Shown one piece after another: positions 21,709 through 33,333 of a stretch of 43,144 nucleotides of DNA. Under the pieces are notes generated by a model. The model did no database searches. It worked only from the letters and a program-made list of their open reading frames with translations, and was not told where the DNA came from. The position numbers and the translations under genes were made by a program. This DNA comes from Craspedostauros australis (Eukaryota), in assembly GCA_030167865.1 (NCBI GenBank), contig JALAGF010003010.1, positions 1-43,144 on the forward strand, written 5' to 3'. Numbering within the stretch: the first letter of the stretch is position 1; each line of letters begins with the position of its first letter.

Positions 21709-24700
21709 ATGGAATCGCTATTGGTGGCCCAGAAGCTGCTGTACGGTACCAACGGTCCTCCCGTCGTTGTTGCCGACCCTACCCATGGTGGTGGCGCAGG
21801 GAAGAAGCGGAAGAGGGACCAATCAGCAGACGATCCGGACCTGCCATACCTCGTGCAACCAGCGCAACTCACGGCGATGTTGAGACACCACAAGATAATT
21901 CACAAAACACCAGCGGTGGCCACTTCGGTCCTGCCAGGCACGTTCCCAAAGGAGCTGGCGTTCCGTGCGATGGCCGCATACTCTCTTCTGCGCACGCTCA
22001 GCATCGAGCTGCGGCTCAGCCCATTCACGCCGAATGCCTTCCTCCGTGCTCTGTATCTGCCATTCCCCAACAGACTGTTGGGGCAAATCCATGTGCGGTT
22101 GCTGCAGATACTGCTTCCCTACCTCCGGATGGGATATAGCTACAAGGCCAAGGGGACTGTCGTTGGTGTTGCGAAACGAAGGCATCTGGATGGACTTAAG
22201 TGCCCGCTGAGGGCCGGTGACAATCTGGCGTACCTGGATGAATACAGCTGGCCTGTCTTCTTCTCGGACTACTGCCACCTCACGGCCGATCGCTTCTGGG
22301 CTGGAATCAACTCCATGGATTTGTTTTTGGACTTTCGAAACATCGGGATGGAATCCAGCGCCGTCCCCTCTTCGCCGTATGGGGCCGGATCGGCGAGGTA
22401 CGAGGACGGGAGTGACCACGATGACGATGATGAGGATGCGGCGGTGGGAATCCGCCTGGCGGATGGCCGCAAGATCCGATCACTCGGCATGCGTCCCAGA
22501 AGTGCGGCAGGGCGTCGCGGCCTTCCGGTAGCGGGGCAAAGGCGCGCACGGGCGGGACGTGCTGCCGCGTCTCGCAAGAAGACCATGCAGTATGTGGACC
22601 CGGGGAATGACTTGGCGGAGAGCGAGAGCGACTTTGACGCGAATGACGACGACGACGATGCCAACCCTTCCTCCGACGACGAGGCTTACGCTGCTTGGGC
22701 CCCTCGGAAGAAGAAAAGCAAAGTGATGGCGAAGCGAAGCGCGAAGCCAAAACTCAACTCCAAGTCGCCCGCAGACAAGCATGCTGGCAAATTGACAGTC
22801 ATCAGGGGGAAGAAGCGAAAACCGAAAGTTCCAAAGGTCGGAAGCAAGATCGCATCATCGTCATCATTGCCACCGCCCAAATTCAAGCTGAAATCGAACG
22901 CTTCGGGCGTGTCCAAGCTTGGATCCAAAAGATCATCGGCTCCACCCGTGCCACAGCTGAAACCAAAGCCGCCGCCACAGAAAGAAGCGAAGAAAGGTCG
23001 GGTTGCAGCATCAAAGTCACCAGCAGCGAATTCAGCACCCAAACCATCTCCTCGTGCCACACCAACGCCGCCGGCACCGCCAAAGCCTCCATCTGCGAAG
23101 TCGAAACCCAAGCCATCTCCTCCACCGAGGACGTCAAGGCTGCCAACATCACTAAGGGCAACGAAAGGAACCAAACCGTTGAAATCTTCACCCAGTGTTG
23201 CATCAAAACCATCCGCATCACGGAGGGCACCGTCGGCGAAGTCGGCATCCAAACCATCACCTCCTGCTACATCAAAACCGTCCGCATCACGGAGGGCACC
23301 GCCGGCGAAGTCGGCATCCAAACCATCACCTCCTGCTAAGTCGAAACCATCATCACCGTCAAAAACGTTGTCGCCATCAAAGCCATCACCGGAGAAGTTG
23401 AAACTCAAATCACGTCCTCCCAGCACGTCGAAACAACCGTCACCACCAAAGCCTCCGAAAGAACTGAAGTCATCGGAATCCGCTGATGCAAAACCTCATG
23501 ATGCCGATTCATCATCGAAGGTTGCGCTGCCCACATCTGCACCATCAACTCCTCCGCCGTCGCCCCCAACAGACCCCACGGCATCCACACAGCCTGCTGT
23601 GCAGAGCAAGAAGTCGCCCGATGCTGCGCAATCTGCAAACATGGACACAGATGAAACGGGAAAGCAGGATTCACTGAAGACATCAAAGGCTACAGAAGAA
23701 TCGGCGCCACATGAAGCGTCAGAGTCCGGAGGCGACTCCCAATCAAGGGAGAGACTGTTAACGACTGGCAAAGAAGCAGCACCTCCATCAGCGACGAAGC
23801 CAGCCACGGCATCATCAGCACCACCGACAACGCCGGACGAATCCACGCCAGCACGGAGCGCACCGGCCGGATCAACAGCAGCAGCTCCAACAGCAACCCA
23901 ACCTCCAAAGAAACCAGCGACCCAATTTGACACTTCCGAATCCACAAGCAAGACACAAGTGCAGGCACCAGGACTAACTGACGGCACACCAGCGTCAAAT
24001 CCTCAAGCCAGAAAAGTGACTGCTGCCAACACCAGTGATGACAGGCAGATCGCAGGAACCATAAAATCAGGAAACGTGCCGACATCAGAACAACCCACAT
24101 CGGAGCCAAAACTGAAGATGCAACCGGATTCGCAACCGAAGTCGGAGTTACAGTCGAAGCCGGAGCGGGCACCGGAGTCAGATTCAGAGTCACAACAGAA
24201 GCCACGATCGCAACCACAGGAACAACTACAGCATCAAAACACCAACTCGGAGGAGAGCAAGGCCAACGCCAAATCGGAGCCTTCGGGTGTTGTGCACAAG
24301 GAGGAGATTGCTTCCCAAACTGATGTTACGACTCAGGACGAAAAAGAAAACGATGGAAAAATCAAGGGTGATAGCGACGGCGACAACAATGGCAATGGCG
24401 ATAACACCACGATTGAGCGAATACGAGGAGCTGGGCCGACGGCCATGGACGTTGATGGAGGTGAAGAAGAGAAGTTGATGTCAGTGGAAATGGACGTGTC
24501 ATCTGCTGCTGATCCCACCAAGCCTCACGAGGCGCAAGCTCCAACCGGTGCTGCAAACCCAACAACACCGGAAATGCACACACGAGCTCCACCCTCCAAT
24601 CCGTCATCAGCTCTTCCTTTCATGTCATCCGCACAAAGTGCGTACCCACGATTGTTCCCTGGAACCCGGAGTCACGCTGTGCCCGAATCTCATGCAGCAA

Positions 24701-27700
24701 AACTGCCGTTGTTCCATTCTTCAGAAGTGGGTTCAAATCCCAACATGCCGTCATCACCTTTCTCGACAAGCTCAGGAACGCGGAGTATCCCTACATCAAA
24801 AGCTGGTAGATCCAGCCATATGCGAAAGCTCCCCATGCATTCTCATTCATCTTCGGCCGCGCGTGGAATGGATCTCTTCACAAAGGATGCAAGATCTGTA
24901 ACATCATTCCGTCCGTCCCGCATGAGGAAGCGCCCCTCACCGGCTCAGCCGCGCGTGCCCAACAAGGTGGCGAATGCCTTGGATGCATTTCTTCGGTCCG
25001 TAGCCCCCAAATCACAAACCACAGATCCTGGGCAACACCAACACCAACACCAACACCAACAGCAGCAGCACCAACAGCACAACAACCACCATTACCTCAA
25101 CAAATCACAGCAATTGCAACAAAAGACATTGCAGCAACAACTACACTTTCAGAAACAGCAACACCCACACAATCACCACATCAACCACGGCCAGCAGCAG
25201 CAGCAGCAGCAGCAGCTACCAGTTGGAATGCCGCTGGCGCAGCAGGTGAAGCACAAGCAGCATGCCCATGCTCAGCCGCATCCGCATCCACACACCCTGC
25301 ACCACCCATCGCAGTCGGCATCGCTTCGTTCTCTTGCCCTGGTTGAGGAGACCAAGATGGACACCAACGATGATGACAAGTGGGTGCACTTTGGTCCGCT
25401 TCGATCGATGAACAGCGGAACGTCCTACCACCAACTTCAAGTGGAGGAAAAGATCGTGATCCTCGAATACTTAATCGACGAGTTGCTCTCCATGGAGCGA
25501 TTTGGCATCACGTTCGAGTTGAGGAGGAAGCAGCATGAGCATTCCCGCCATCGGTACGGAAAGATGCCAACAGAAGAGGAGCTGAACAACTTGGAGAACA
25601 ACGACGAATGTGGGGTGTGCGGCCAAGAGGGAGACCTGCTGTGCTGCGACGGATGCGTCAGAAGCTATCACCGTGGGTGCATGATGATGGCTGAGAACAC
25701 TGAGTTGCCCGAAGGCAAGTGGTTGTGTCCAGAATGCACAATCGCCGACCCTACACGCATGGGACCATTACGAGGTGGGTGTAAGGAATCGCTGGATTGG
25801 TTCAACCTTGATGAGATACGCGAAGTCAACAAACGAGATCAAGTCAACAACGATTTCAAGACGGACGACGGCGACCATCGCCACAACGAGGCTACTACCA
25901 CACGCAACGATGACCGTCATGGCCTTCCAACGACAAAACCCGAGGCGATGGTGACTGCGACGAATGACCAACAATCACCACCCCAAACACCGCCTTCTCC
26001 ATTCCCATCACACATTGAATTCCTTCTTGTCCATGGATTTATGTTCACGAGATCCAAGGATCACCTCCAATTCGGATACAACGATGGCAAGGTATCTGCA
26101 CCCAATCACTTGCCTGTGTCCGCGAACTTGGTTGATGGGGTATTGCAGCAGCTGGGTCCTGATCTCTCCCTGCAATGGCCTTTCCATCAAGTACCAAGCA
26201 CGTGGGCTCGGGGGGACAACTGCCACACGGTTGATGGCTACCTTCTTCCATCTGAATCTTTCGATCCATCGTTGTACAGAAACAAATACCAGAACATATC
26301 ACACCTTGCCGAGTCCAAGGTACCGGGATTTCAGAACAAGTCGCTCGTTTCGTCCAACTTCGAAACAGCATGCAGCCGAAATCCTACCTTTCATCTTTCA
26401 GATCTCATGCCCAGGAATTTTGACATCGACGCATCGATGTCGGCAACTCTGAAGCAAGACAGTGGCCATCTTCACGATTCATTGCAAATGATCAAAGCGT
26501 ATATGACCAAGCTGGCTGCGTCCCTTCGCAAGGCATGTCTGATCGATGAGATGTGGGAAACGGGCGACGAGATGCCCAAGTTTTTGGCGTGGCATAAGAA
26601 AGTCGAGGCAAGCACGTCGGCGCATGCTCTCGCGAAGCTGACTGTCAGATTGGTTGATGTCATCCACCCAAGAACTTTCCACAAGGGATGGTTCCACAAC
26701 CATCAATCCAAGACAACGATCACCGGTCACGTCGCATCTGATTCTCAATTCATTCCTGTGCCTGAAGGCTGGAACATCGAGAACGAGGTAATGGTGCAGA
26801 AATGGAAGCAAGCTCCACTGTCGTCCATGCTGAATTTGATCAAGGCGGAAGGCAAAACGTTGAAGGAGATGGCCGGTCACGTGAAGATTGACTACGTTCG
26901 GGTGAGCTCGTATCCAAAGAGCAAGAGGAAGCGTCAGAAGAGCGACGGGAATGCAAGGGCACACGAGGAAAAGATAAAAGATGGTGACGAAAAGGGCAGA
27001 ATCGACAGCAGCATCGGCATCGACATCGACATCACTTCTGGCCAACGAGCACAACAGCAGGCGATGGCTGATGATAGCGGTGTACTTCCGCATGTGACTT
27101 CGAATGGGAATGCGAATAGGAATAGCCACACGGCCTCAGCTTTCACGAACGAGTCGCACGCGGAGGCTAATCAGCTACCCCCATCGTCACGCTCACCTCC
27201 AACAGAATCTGCGATGCAAGTGGAATCAGTCGAGGCTGGCATCAATATCAACATCAACATCGAACCCCCACCAAGCCATGCTCCTTCTTCAGTGGCACCA
27301 GCGGCGTCGAAAGCTTTCGACGACCAACAACGCGTCGATGCAACGAACGATGCTCAATCAACCCAGAATGGTGATAACAACGGTGCAGACAAAGCTCCTG
27401 CCAAGAAGACCCCAACAAAGAAGACCAAGGGATCGAGCTCACGACGCAAGACGCGACGATCTGTTCGAACACGACATCCTCCGAGGAATACAGCCAAAAC
27501 AATCGCGAATCATCCTGGTGGCATCCAGGGGCTGATGGATCACATTCACTCCGACACGGTGCAGCTGGAAGAAGTCATCAACATCCGGCGTCTCGAATTG
27601 CAGAGCATCCTGAAGAGCTCATTCCAACCCCAATTTCACTGGCCGATTGCTGGCCGCATCCCATTCGAACCGAGAGGGTCGCTATCTCCCAAGGAAATGC

Positions 27701-30700
27701 GGTACTTGGCAAGAACATCTGGCCATGCAAGACTGCCGAACGTGGAGTACAACACCCTGCACGAAGTTGGGCAGCTATGCAGCGCTCACATTTGGAGGAA
27801 GAGGGTGTTCAATACGAAGACCTTCGAAGAGCTCGTCCTCCACCTACGGTATCTGGCTTCGTACATCGATGAAAGCGTAAGTTGAATCCCTCCTGGCAGC
27901 GAAGGCCTCGATTCCTTCCAAGCTGCTGTGTGTTTCTGTCTATTGGTTGTTTGGATTGCACTTATTGCGTGCAGATGTTGCTGCATGCAGGCCTCCACAT
28001 GGACTGGTCATAGTGCGCGCCCGTGTGTACGTGTCCATGCGTCCATGTGTCCAGATGACCATGTCCAGCTGGATGTCCATGATTTCAGTGGTTGCGGCAT
28101 TCGTACGTCGTATTCTCTCTGTTTGTGTCTTTCCTCAAATGAGATGGCGTGCGTTGATGGGCTCAACTCAGTCAATGTTCGTTGCTCACACGACTCTTTC
28201 TCTCTCTCTCTCTCGCTTTCTCATGTTGGTCCGCCTTCACAGGTCATTGCATCCAGTGAAGGCTTCGCGAGAAGATCCTCGTCCAAAGCCACTTCATCCA
28301 AATCCGTCCTCCACACGCACCGGGATACTGCCACTGGGCTTGTATCGTACTACGTATTCCAAGGCTCCAAGCATCGAGGTGGGTGGATGACAGCCGACAA
28401 CGTTGACTTGAATGCTGTCATCACCAAACGCGTGAGACGGAGAAATCGCATTGCCAGAGAATTCGACGAAAAGGCACAGGCTCGCCATAGAGAGAAGATG
28501 CGATTGCTCGCCGAGGCCAAAGCAAGAGCCCAAATGGAAGCAAGAGCGAGAGAAGCTGAGAGACGCAGGGTAAAGAAACTGGAGGCCGCTCGCTTGCACC
28601 GGATTGCCGCGGAGGCGAAGCAACAAAAGAAGGAACAGCAGCAAAAGCTGCGACAACAGCAGCAACAGCTGCGACAACAGCAACAACAGCTGCGACAACA
28701 GCAGCGGGCACAACAGAGGCAACAGCAACAGCAACAACAACAGCAACGGGAACAACAACGACTGCAACGACTGCAACGACAGCGGCAGCAGCAACTACAG
28801 CGACAAGAACGACAACGTCAATTATCTCCAACGTCTAACACAATGACTTCACCGAGAAGCGCGACGGTGAAGGCCAACCGCCATCACATGCAGCCGCAGC
28901 CGCAGCCGCAGCCACAGCAGCAGCGGGGACAACAATTCCAATCGCATCAGCAGCCGCAGTCACAGCGGCAGAAGAATTCACAGATCCAACCACCTTGCCC
29001 TCCTACACCTTTGGAACCGGTCGATGTACTGAATACGCGTATTCGGGAGGTACTTGTGGAGCACGAGGCCAGTGCGAAGGAACTGATCGATCTCTGCTTG
29101 ACACGAAGAATCTTTCCCATCCCTGATGCCATGTTCATGACCATGCGCCACCGAAGTCTGCAGAAATTGCGGCTCATTGGAAAGCAACTTAGTCTCCACG
29201 GTGTAATGAACATCGATGCCATGGCGGATTCTGCCCTAATGGACTTGATGAAGAATTGCGAGAAGGGTGCACTGGCAACTGTGGCGGAGAATCAGAAAAA
29301 TAAGCGATTGGAGGCGCAACGAGAGCAAGAAGAGCAGCGGCGGCAAAAGCAGCAGCGGTATGAACAAGAACAACGACAGAAAAAGCAGAAGCAGCAGCAA
29401 CAAGCACGGGAACAGCAGCAGCGGCAAGAGCAGGAACGACGGCAAGAGCAGGAACGTCGGCAAGAGCAGCAGCGGTATGAACAAGAGCAACGACAGAAAA
29501 AGCAGAAGGAGCAGCAACAAGCACGGGAACAGCAGCAGCGGCAAGCCCTTCGCCTTGCGGAAAATTCCAAACAGACGATCGCCCCTAATGCACCTGCTCA
29601 GACACAGTTCCCGCCAAGCATGAAGCCGATTGGACAAGAGGCGCAGAGACAGCAGTTGCAGCAGCCGCATCAAAGTCAGATGCGTGCTGGAATGCAGCCC
29701 CATATTGGAGATGTTATGAACAACAGCATTGCATCGAATCCAAACTCAACAGCAGCAACAACACCAGCAACAACGCCAGCAACAGACATCAACATTGCAC
29801 AAATGCAGCAAGTACACAAGCGGAACGACGTCGATGCGTCGATGGGACGGGCCGCACCAATCAACGGAGTTGATTTCGAGGATCCCATGCAGAGCATTCT
29901 GCAACAGAACAAACCAGCAGTCGCAAACGCCTTCGGCAATTCTCCGAGCATGAACGCGACCACGAATCCGTCCATTCGCAGCAACAACAGCAACAGGAAT
30001 CCTCACAGTTTTCAAGCACCAGATTCGCAATTCAATCAAGGTCAAGGTCAAGGTCAAGGCCAAGGCCAACAGGGAGGAAATCTCATTCCAAACAGACTTG
30101 CAGGTGTGCAGTTACCACAGGAAGATACGCCTGCGAACCAGCGATTCACCCCGCCCATGACATCACAACAGCGTCCAACTCAGCAACAGCAGCAACTACA
30201 ACAACTCCAGCAGCAGCGGCGCCCACCATCCATCACCCAAATGGAGCTTGAACCAAAACCTTTGAACAATGCGAACGAGCTGAATGATGCATTGCGCAAG
30301 ACGGGCCTTGGCAACCTGCTGGATGGGCAATTCGGGTTGCAAAATCAAAACGGAGCAATGACAAGTCTGTCAGGTTCTGCTTCTCGAACTGGGATTTCAC
30401 CCACTCCACCGCAGAATGCCGATCAACAGCTTCTCTCCCAGTTGCGCGACAGACTATCCCCTGCGTTTGCATCCCAGCTTGGACGTGCCATGGGTGGAGT
30501 CCAGCGCCAACAAGCACAAAATAGTGCGTTGCTCTCCGGTCTAGCCCACGATCAGATATTGAGGACTGCCTTGCTGCAGCAACAACAATCGCAACAACAA
30601 CAACAGCAGCGTCAACAGCAGCAGACACAACAGCAACATCACCAATATTTTCAGCAGCAGCAACGGCAGCGGCCACAACAGCAGCAGCAGCAACAACAAC

Positions 30701-31023
30701 AGCTGCAGAACTTGTGGCCGATGGGCAACTCTTTGCTCCCACAGACATCTACTCCTTCAGCGGCAAATTTCGCCTTTGATCAAATGCAAGCCCCCAATCA
30801 GCAACAGCTGTTCATGCAGCAGCAACAGCAGCAGCAACAACAACAACAAATTCTGGCACAGCAAGCACCGCCGGCATCACAGCAGCTACAGTTTCAAAAC
30901 CGCCAATTCCAGCAGCAGCAGCAACAACAACAACAACAGTCATCCCAACAACGGCAGCATCAACAACAGCAACAGATGAACTTTCCGTTTCAAAACTTGA
31001 ATGGGCAAAACTTCTGGAACTAA
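21709..31023 (+). CDS. DDT-WHIM1-PHD chromatin protein (BPTF/NURF301 / plant PTM-like ISWI partner), 2 exons, ~2980 aa
   Basis: DDT (AYSLLRTLSIELRLSPFT...LLGQIHVRLL; LDEYSWP). WHIM1-like YHQLQVEEKIVILEYLIDE (~25426). PHD CGVC..LLCCDGC..YH..C..W.CPEC (25609-25737). WRKRV..ELVLHLRYL motif. Exons 21709-27876 and 28243-31023 join in frame; Q-rich C-terminus. Confidence 0.85.
23201..23338 (+). repeat. In-frame 69-bp tandem duplication (23 aa x2)
   Basis: Two near-identical copies at 23201-23269 and 23270-23338, encoding SKPSASRRAP(S/P)AKSASKPSPPA. Confidence 0.92.
27877..28242 (+). other. Intron of DDT-PHD gene (366 nt)
   Basis: GTAAGT donor just before an in-frame stop, (CT)n polypyrimidine tract, CAG acceptor, phase 0. 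Confidence 0.8.
29344..29545 (+). repeat. In-frame duplication (117-nt period) in Q/E/R-rich coiled-coil region
   Basis: QQRYEQEQRQKKQK(Q/E)QQQAREQQQRQ is encoded twice, starting at ~29344 and 29461. Confidence 0.85.
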
Positions 31024-31183
31024 AGAGATGAGCATGACCACGGTGGTGATACAGCATTGTGTGGAGGGTCTTGCGGACCACTTCGTCACTTAAAGGAAAT
31101 AAGGGAAACAGTTTCCAAGAAAGGTTACATACTCCGACTCAACGAGTGTCCTGCTGTCAATGCACAAGTGAAGGACAGGCGCG

Positions 31184-32680
31184 CTACGAGCATTGCTCAT
31201 CCGACTTCGGAATGGCTTTGGTCCACGCGGATTGTTTCAGAAAGTTTCTTCGATTTGTTGCAACTTGAATGGCTTTGTGTTTGGCCAGGGCGATCTCGCA
31301 TTTGTGTTTGTCGTCGCAGTCGTTGATTTGCGATGATAGCAACATCAACGGCGATCGCAACTGGTCCGGGATGAGTTCATCTCTGATCTGTCTGCGGATG
31401 GATGTCTCAGGTTCCATGACGGCAAATGCTTCATGCTCTATCGCCTGCGTGCACGATATACGTTGTTTGGGATCCAGGCGGATCATGGTATTCAATAGAC
31501 GAAGCATCCGCGCATCTTCCACGACTCTAGGGACGATGGATTCCAAGGATTGCGGTGATTTGTTCGCAAACTGGAATTTGGTGTAATCCGGCGTGACTGT
31601 GGCGACATCGGGCCACGTTGCATCGGTGGGTGTGCCCAGCACATCGAACACCAACGATAGCTGATCCAGCACGGATGCGTTGCTGGCGTAGATGCATCTG
31701 CTGGCGATGACCTCCAGCAGGATCCATCCAAGCCCAAACACGTCCATGGCGGGCGTCTTGTGATGGCTCCCCAACAGCATTTCGGGCGATCGGTACTGTA
31801 CCGCGCACATGGCCTTGGACGGTTCGGCGTCGTGTGGGACGTCATGGCCATTACTGTTGCCGTCGCTGTTGTGAGCGTTGTAAGGTCTTGCCAACCCAAA
31901 ATCGCAGAGCTGTATGGTGCCATTGGCCGCAACCAGGAAGTTGTTCGGCTTGATGTCGCAATGGATGATACCGGCTTGGTGGCAGAAAAGGGCAGCAGAA
32001 ATCATGTCGTGCGCAATCTGGCGTATCACATTCCAAGACAGTACAGGCGTGTACTGCTTACGCCCCTGATGCTGTCGCCCTTGCTGTCTCCATCGGATGC
32101 TTTCGTACAAGTCGATGGGACAATATGGAAATACCATGGACAGTGCCGTTCCATTGTTGCCCGATGGTGCAGCTGCTGATGTTGATGATGCTGATGATGA
32201 CGGTACGAAGAGCCCGAGCAACGGGCTGATGGTATTGCAGCGTTTGCCCAGTCGACGCAATGCGCAAATCTCATGAAAGACGTCCGGATTCAACTTGGGC
32301 TTGGATGGAGATGCGGGAGAGGAAAAGGACCCCAGCCCACCAAAGGTCGATCGTTGCTGTTGCTGTGCTTGCGAGGCTTGTTCAATCGTCTTGACAGCAA
32401 CCAGTTGGATGGACGGTGAAGAATCGGGAGTGCCCGATGACCGTATGGATAACGCGAGCTTGATCTCCCCAAACGTGCCGCGTGCAACTCTTGCGCTGCG
32501 CTTGGTGCTGGTGCTCTTGATGAATTCGATGGTCGTCGTACCGCCGTCATCCAGCTTGTTGCCGCTGCTTGCGTCAGTTGCTTCAAACCACGCTCCGATT
32601 TGCGATTTCAGTGCGTCCTCCATCATGGGATTGTGATCGTGTCTTGCTCTCTTGATGCGTTGTTCCGCTGTTTCTGTCAT
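31184..32680 (-). CDS. Divergent cyclin-dependent-kinase-like Ser/Thr kinase (CDK20/CDKF/CAK-like)
   Basis: ARGTFG, LVAVK, HEICALRRL, HCDIKPNN, LCDFGLAR, YRSPEMLLG, the CMGC insert DQLSLVFDVLGTPTDATWP..PDY, and LDPKQRIS. Likely start MTETAE at 32680. Confidence 0.85.
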   Translation of the reverse strand: MTETAEQRIKRARHDHNPMMEDALKSQIGAWFEATDASSGNKLDDGGTTTIEFIKSTSTKRSARVARGTFGEIKLALSIRSSGTPDSSPSIQLVAVKTIEQASQAQQQQRSTFGGLGSFSSPASPSKPKLNPDVFHEICALRRLGKRCNTISPLLGLFVPSSSASSTSAAAPSGNNGTALSMVFPYCPIDLYESIRWRQQGRQHQGRKQYTPVLSWNVIRQIAHDMISAALFCHQAGIIHCDIKPNNFLVAANGTIQLCDFGLARPYNAHNSDGNSNGHDVPHDAEPSKAMCAVQYRSPEMLLGSHHKTPAMDVFGLGWILLEVIASRCIYASNASVLDQLSLVFDVLGTPTDATWPDVATVTPDYTKFQFANKSPQSLESIVPRVVEDARMLRLLNTMIRLDPKQRISCTQAIEHEAFAVMEPETSIRRQIRDELIPDQLRSPLMLLSSQINDCDDKHKCEIALAKHKAIQVATNRRNFLKQSAWTKAIPKSDEQCS

Positions 32681-33299
32681 TCGATGCACTTGGCTTACAA
32701 GTACAATACAATAGAGCACCAATGGAATTGGATGAGATCGTGGTGGTGGTAGCGATAGTGATGGTGATAGTGCCGATGCTATTCCGAATGCTCTTGTTGT
32801 CACTGTTGCTGTTTGTGGTGTGAGCTATAATACGATACGATATGGTGTTGCCATCAGCCTCGCGGTGGCAGTGGTGGATGGAATGGATAGATCGTATTCT
32901 ATAATACCATACTACTACTATACTCTGGAGAGTGTGAGGCACAACAGGATTGTTCCAGAGAAAGATCCCAACAACTCGGAGGGGACCGATACGCGCAGCC
33001 CATCAAAGACACCACCGAAAGATCTCGGATCCATCCATTCACGCCAATGCGGGTCTCGTTGGAGGCGGCAAATCGGATAGATCGGTATGACTTGCCACCA
33101 CCACAGAAGTCTGAGCCAACAATGGCAGAGCAGACCATCACACACTTCATGGATGCACTCCGACCCCCGGTTACGTATTATTCTACAATACGAGCTATTA
33201 TAGAATTTGAAGTGTAGAGAATGAGTAGCAGTAGCAGTAGTATTATGTAATATCATTTAGTAGCGTTTGTGCTCGCAGAACATGACTCTCCCTGCAAAT

Positions 33300-33323
33300 A
33301 GAGAGAGAGAGAGAGAGAGAGAG
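33300..33323. repeat. (AG)12 microsatellite
   Basis: Directly read; ~10 bp past the stop of the 33334-34683 gene. Confidence 0.9.
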
Positions 33324-33333
33324 CGTACGGATG

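Noticed and set aside
22900..23480. Silaffin-like K/S-rich region
   Set aside because: Embedded in a nuclear DDT-PHD protein with no signal peptide; Pro-rich rather than silaffin KxxK/poly-Ser.
27928..28242. N-terminal 105 aa of the 1031-aa ORF as a separate secreted protein
   Set aside because: This is read-through of the intron (27877-28242); the rest is exon 2 of the DDT-PHD gene.
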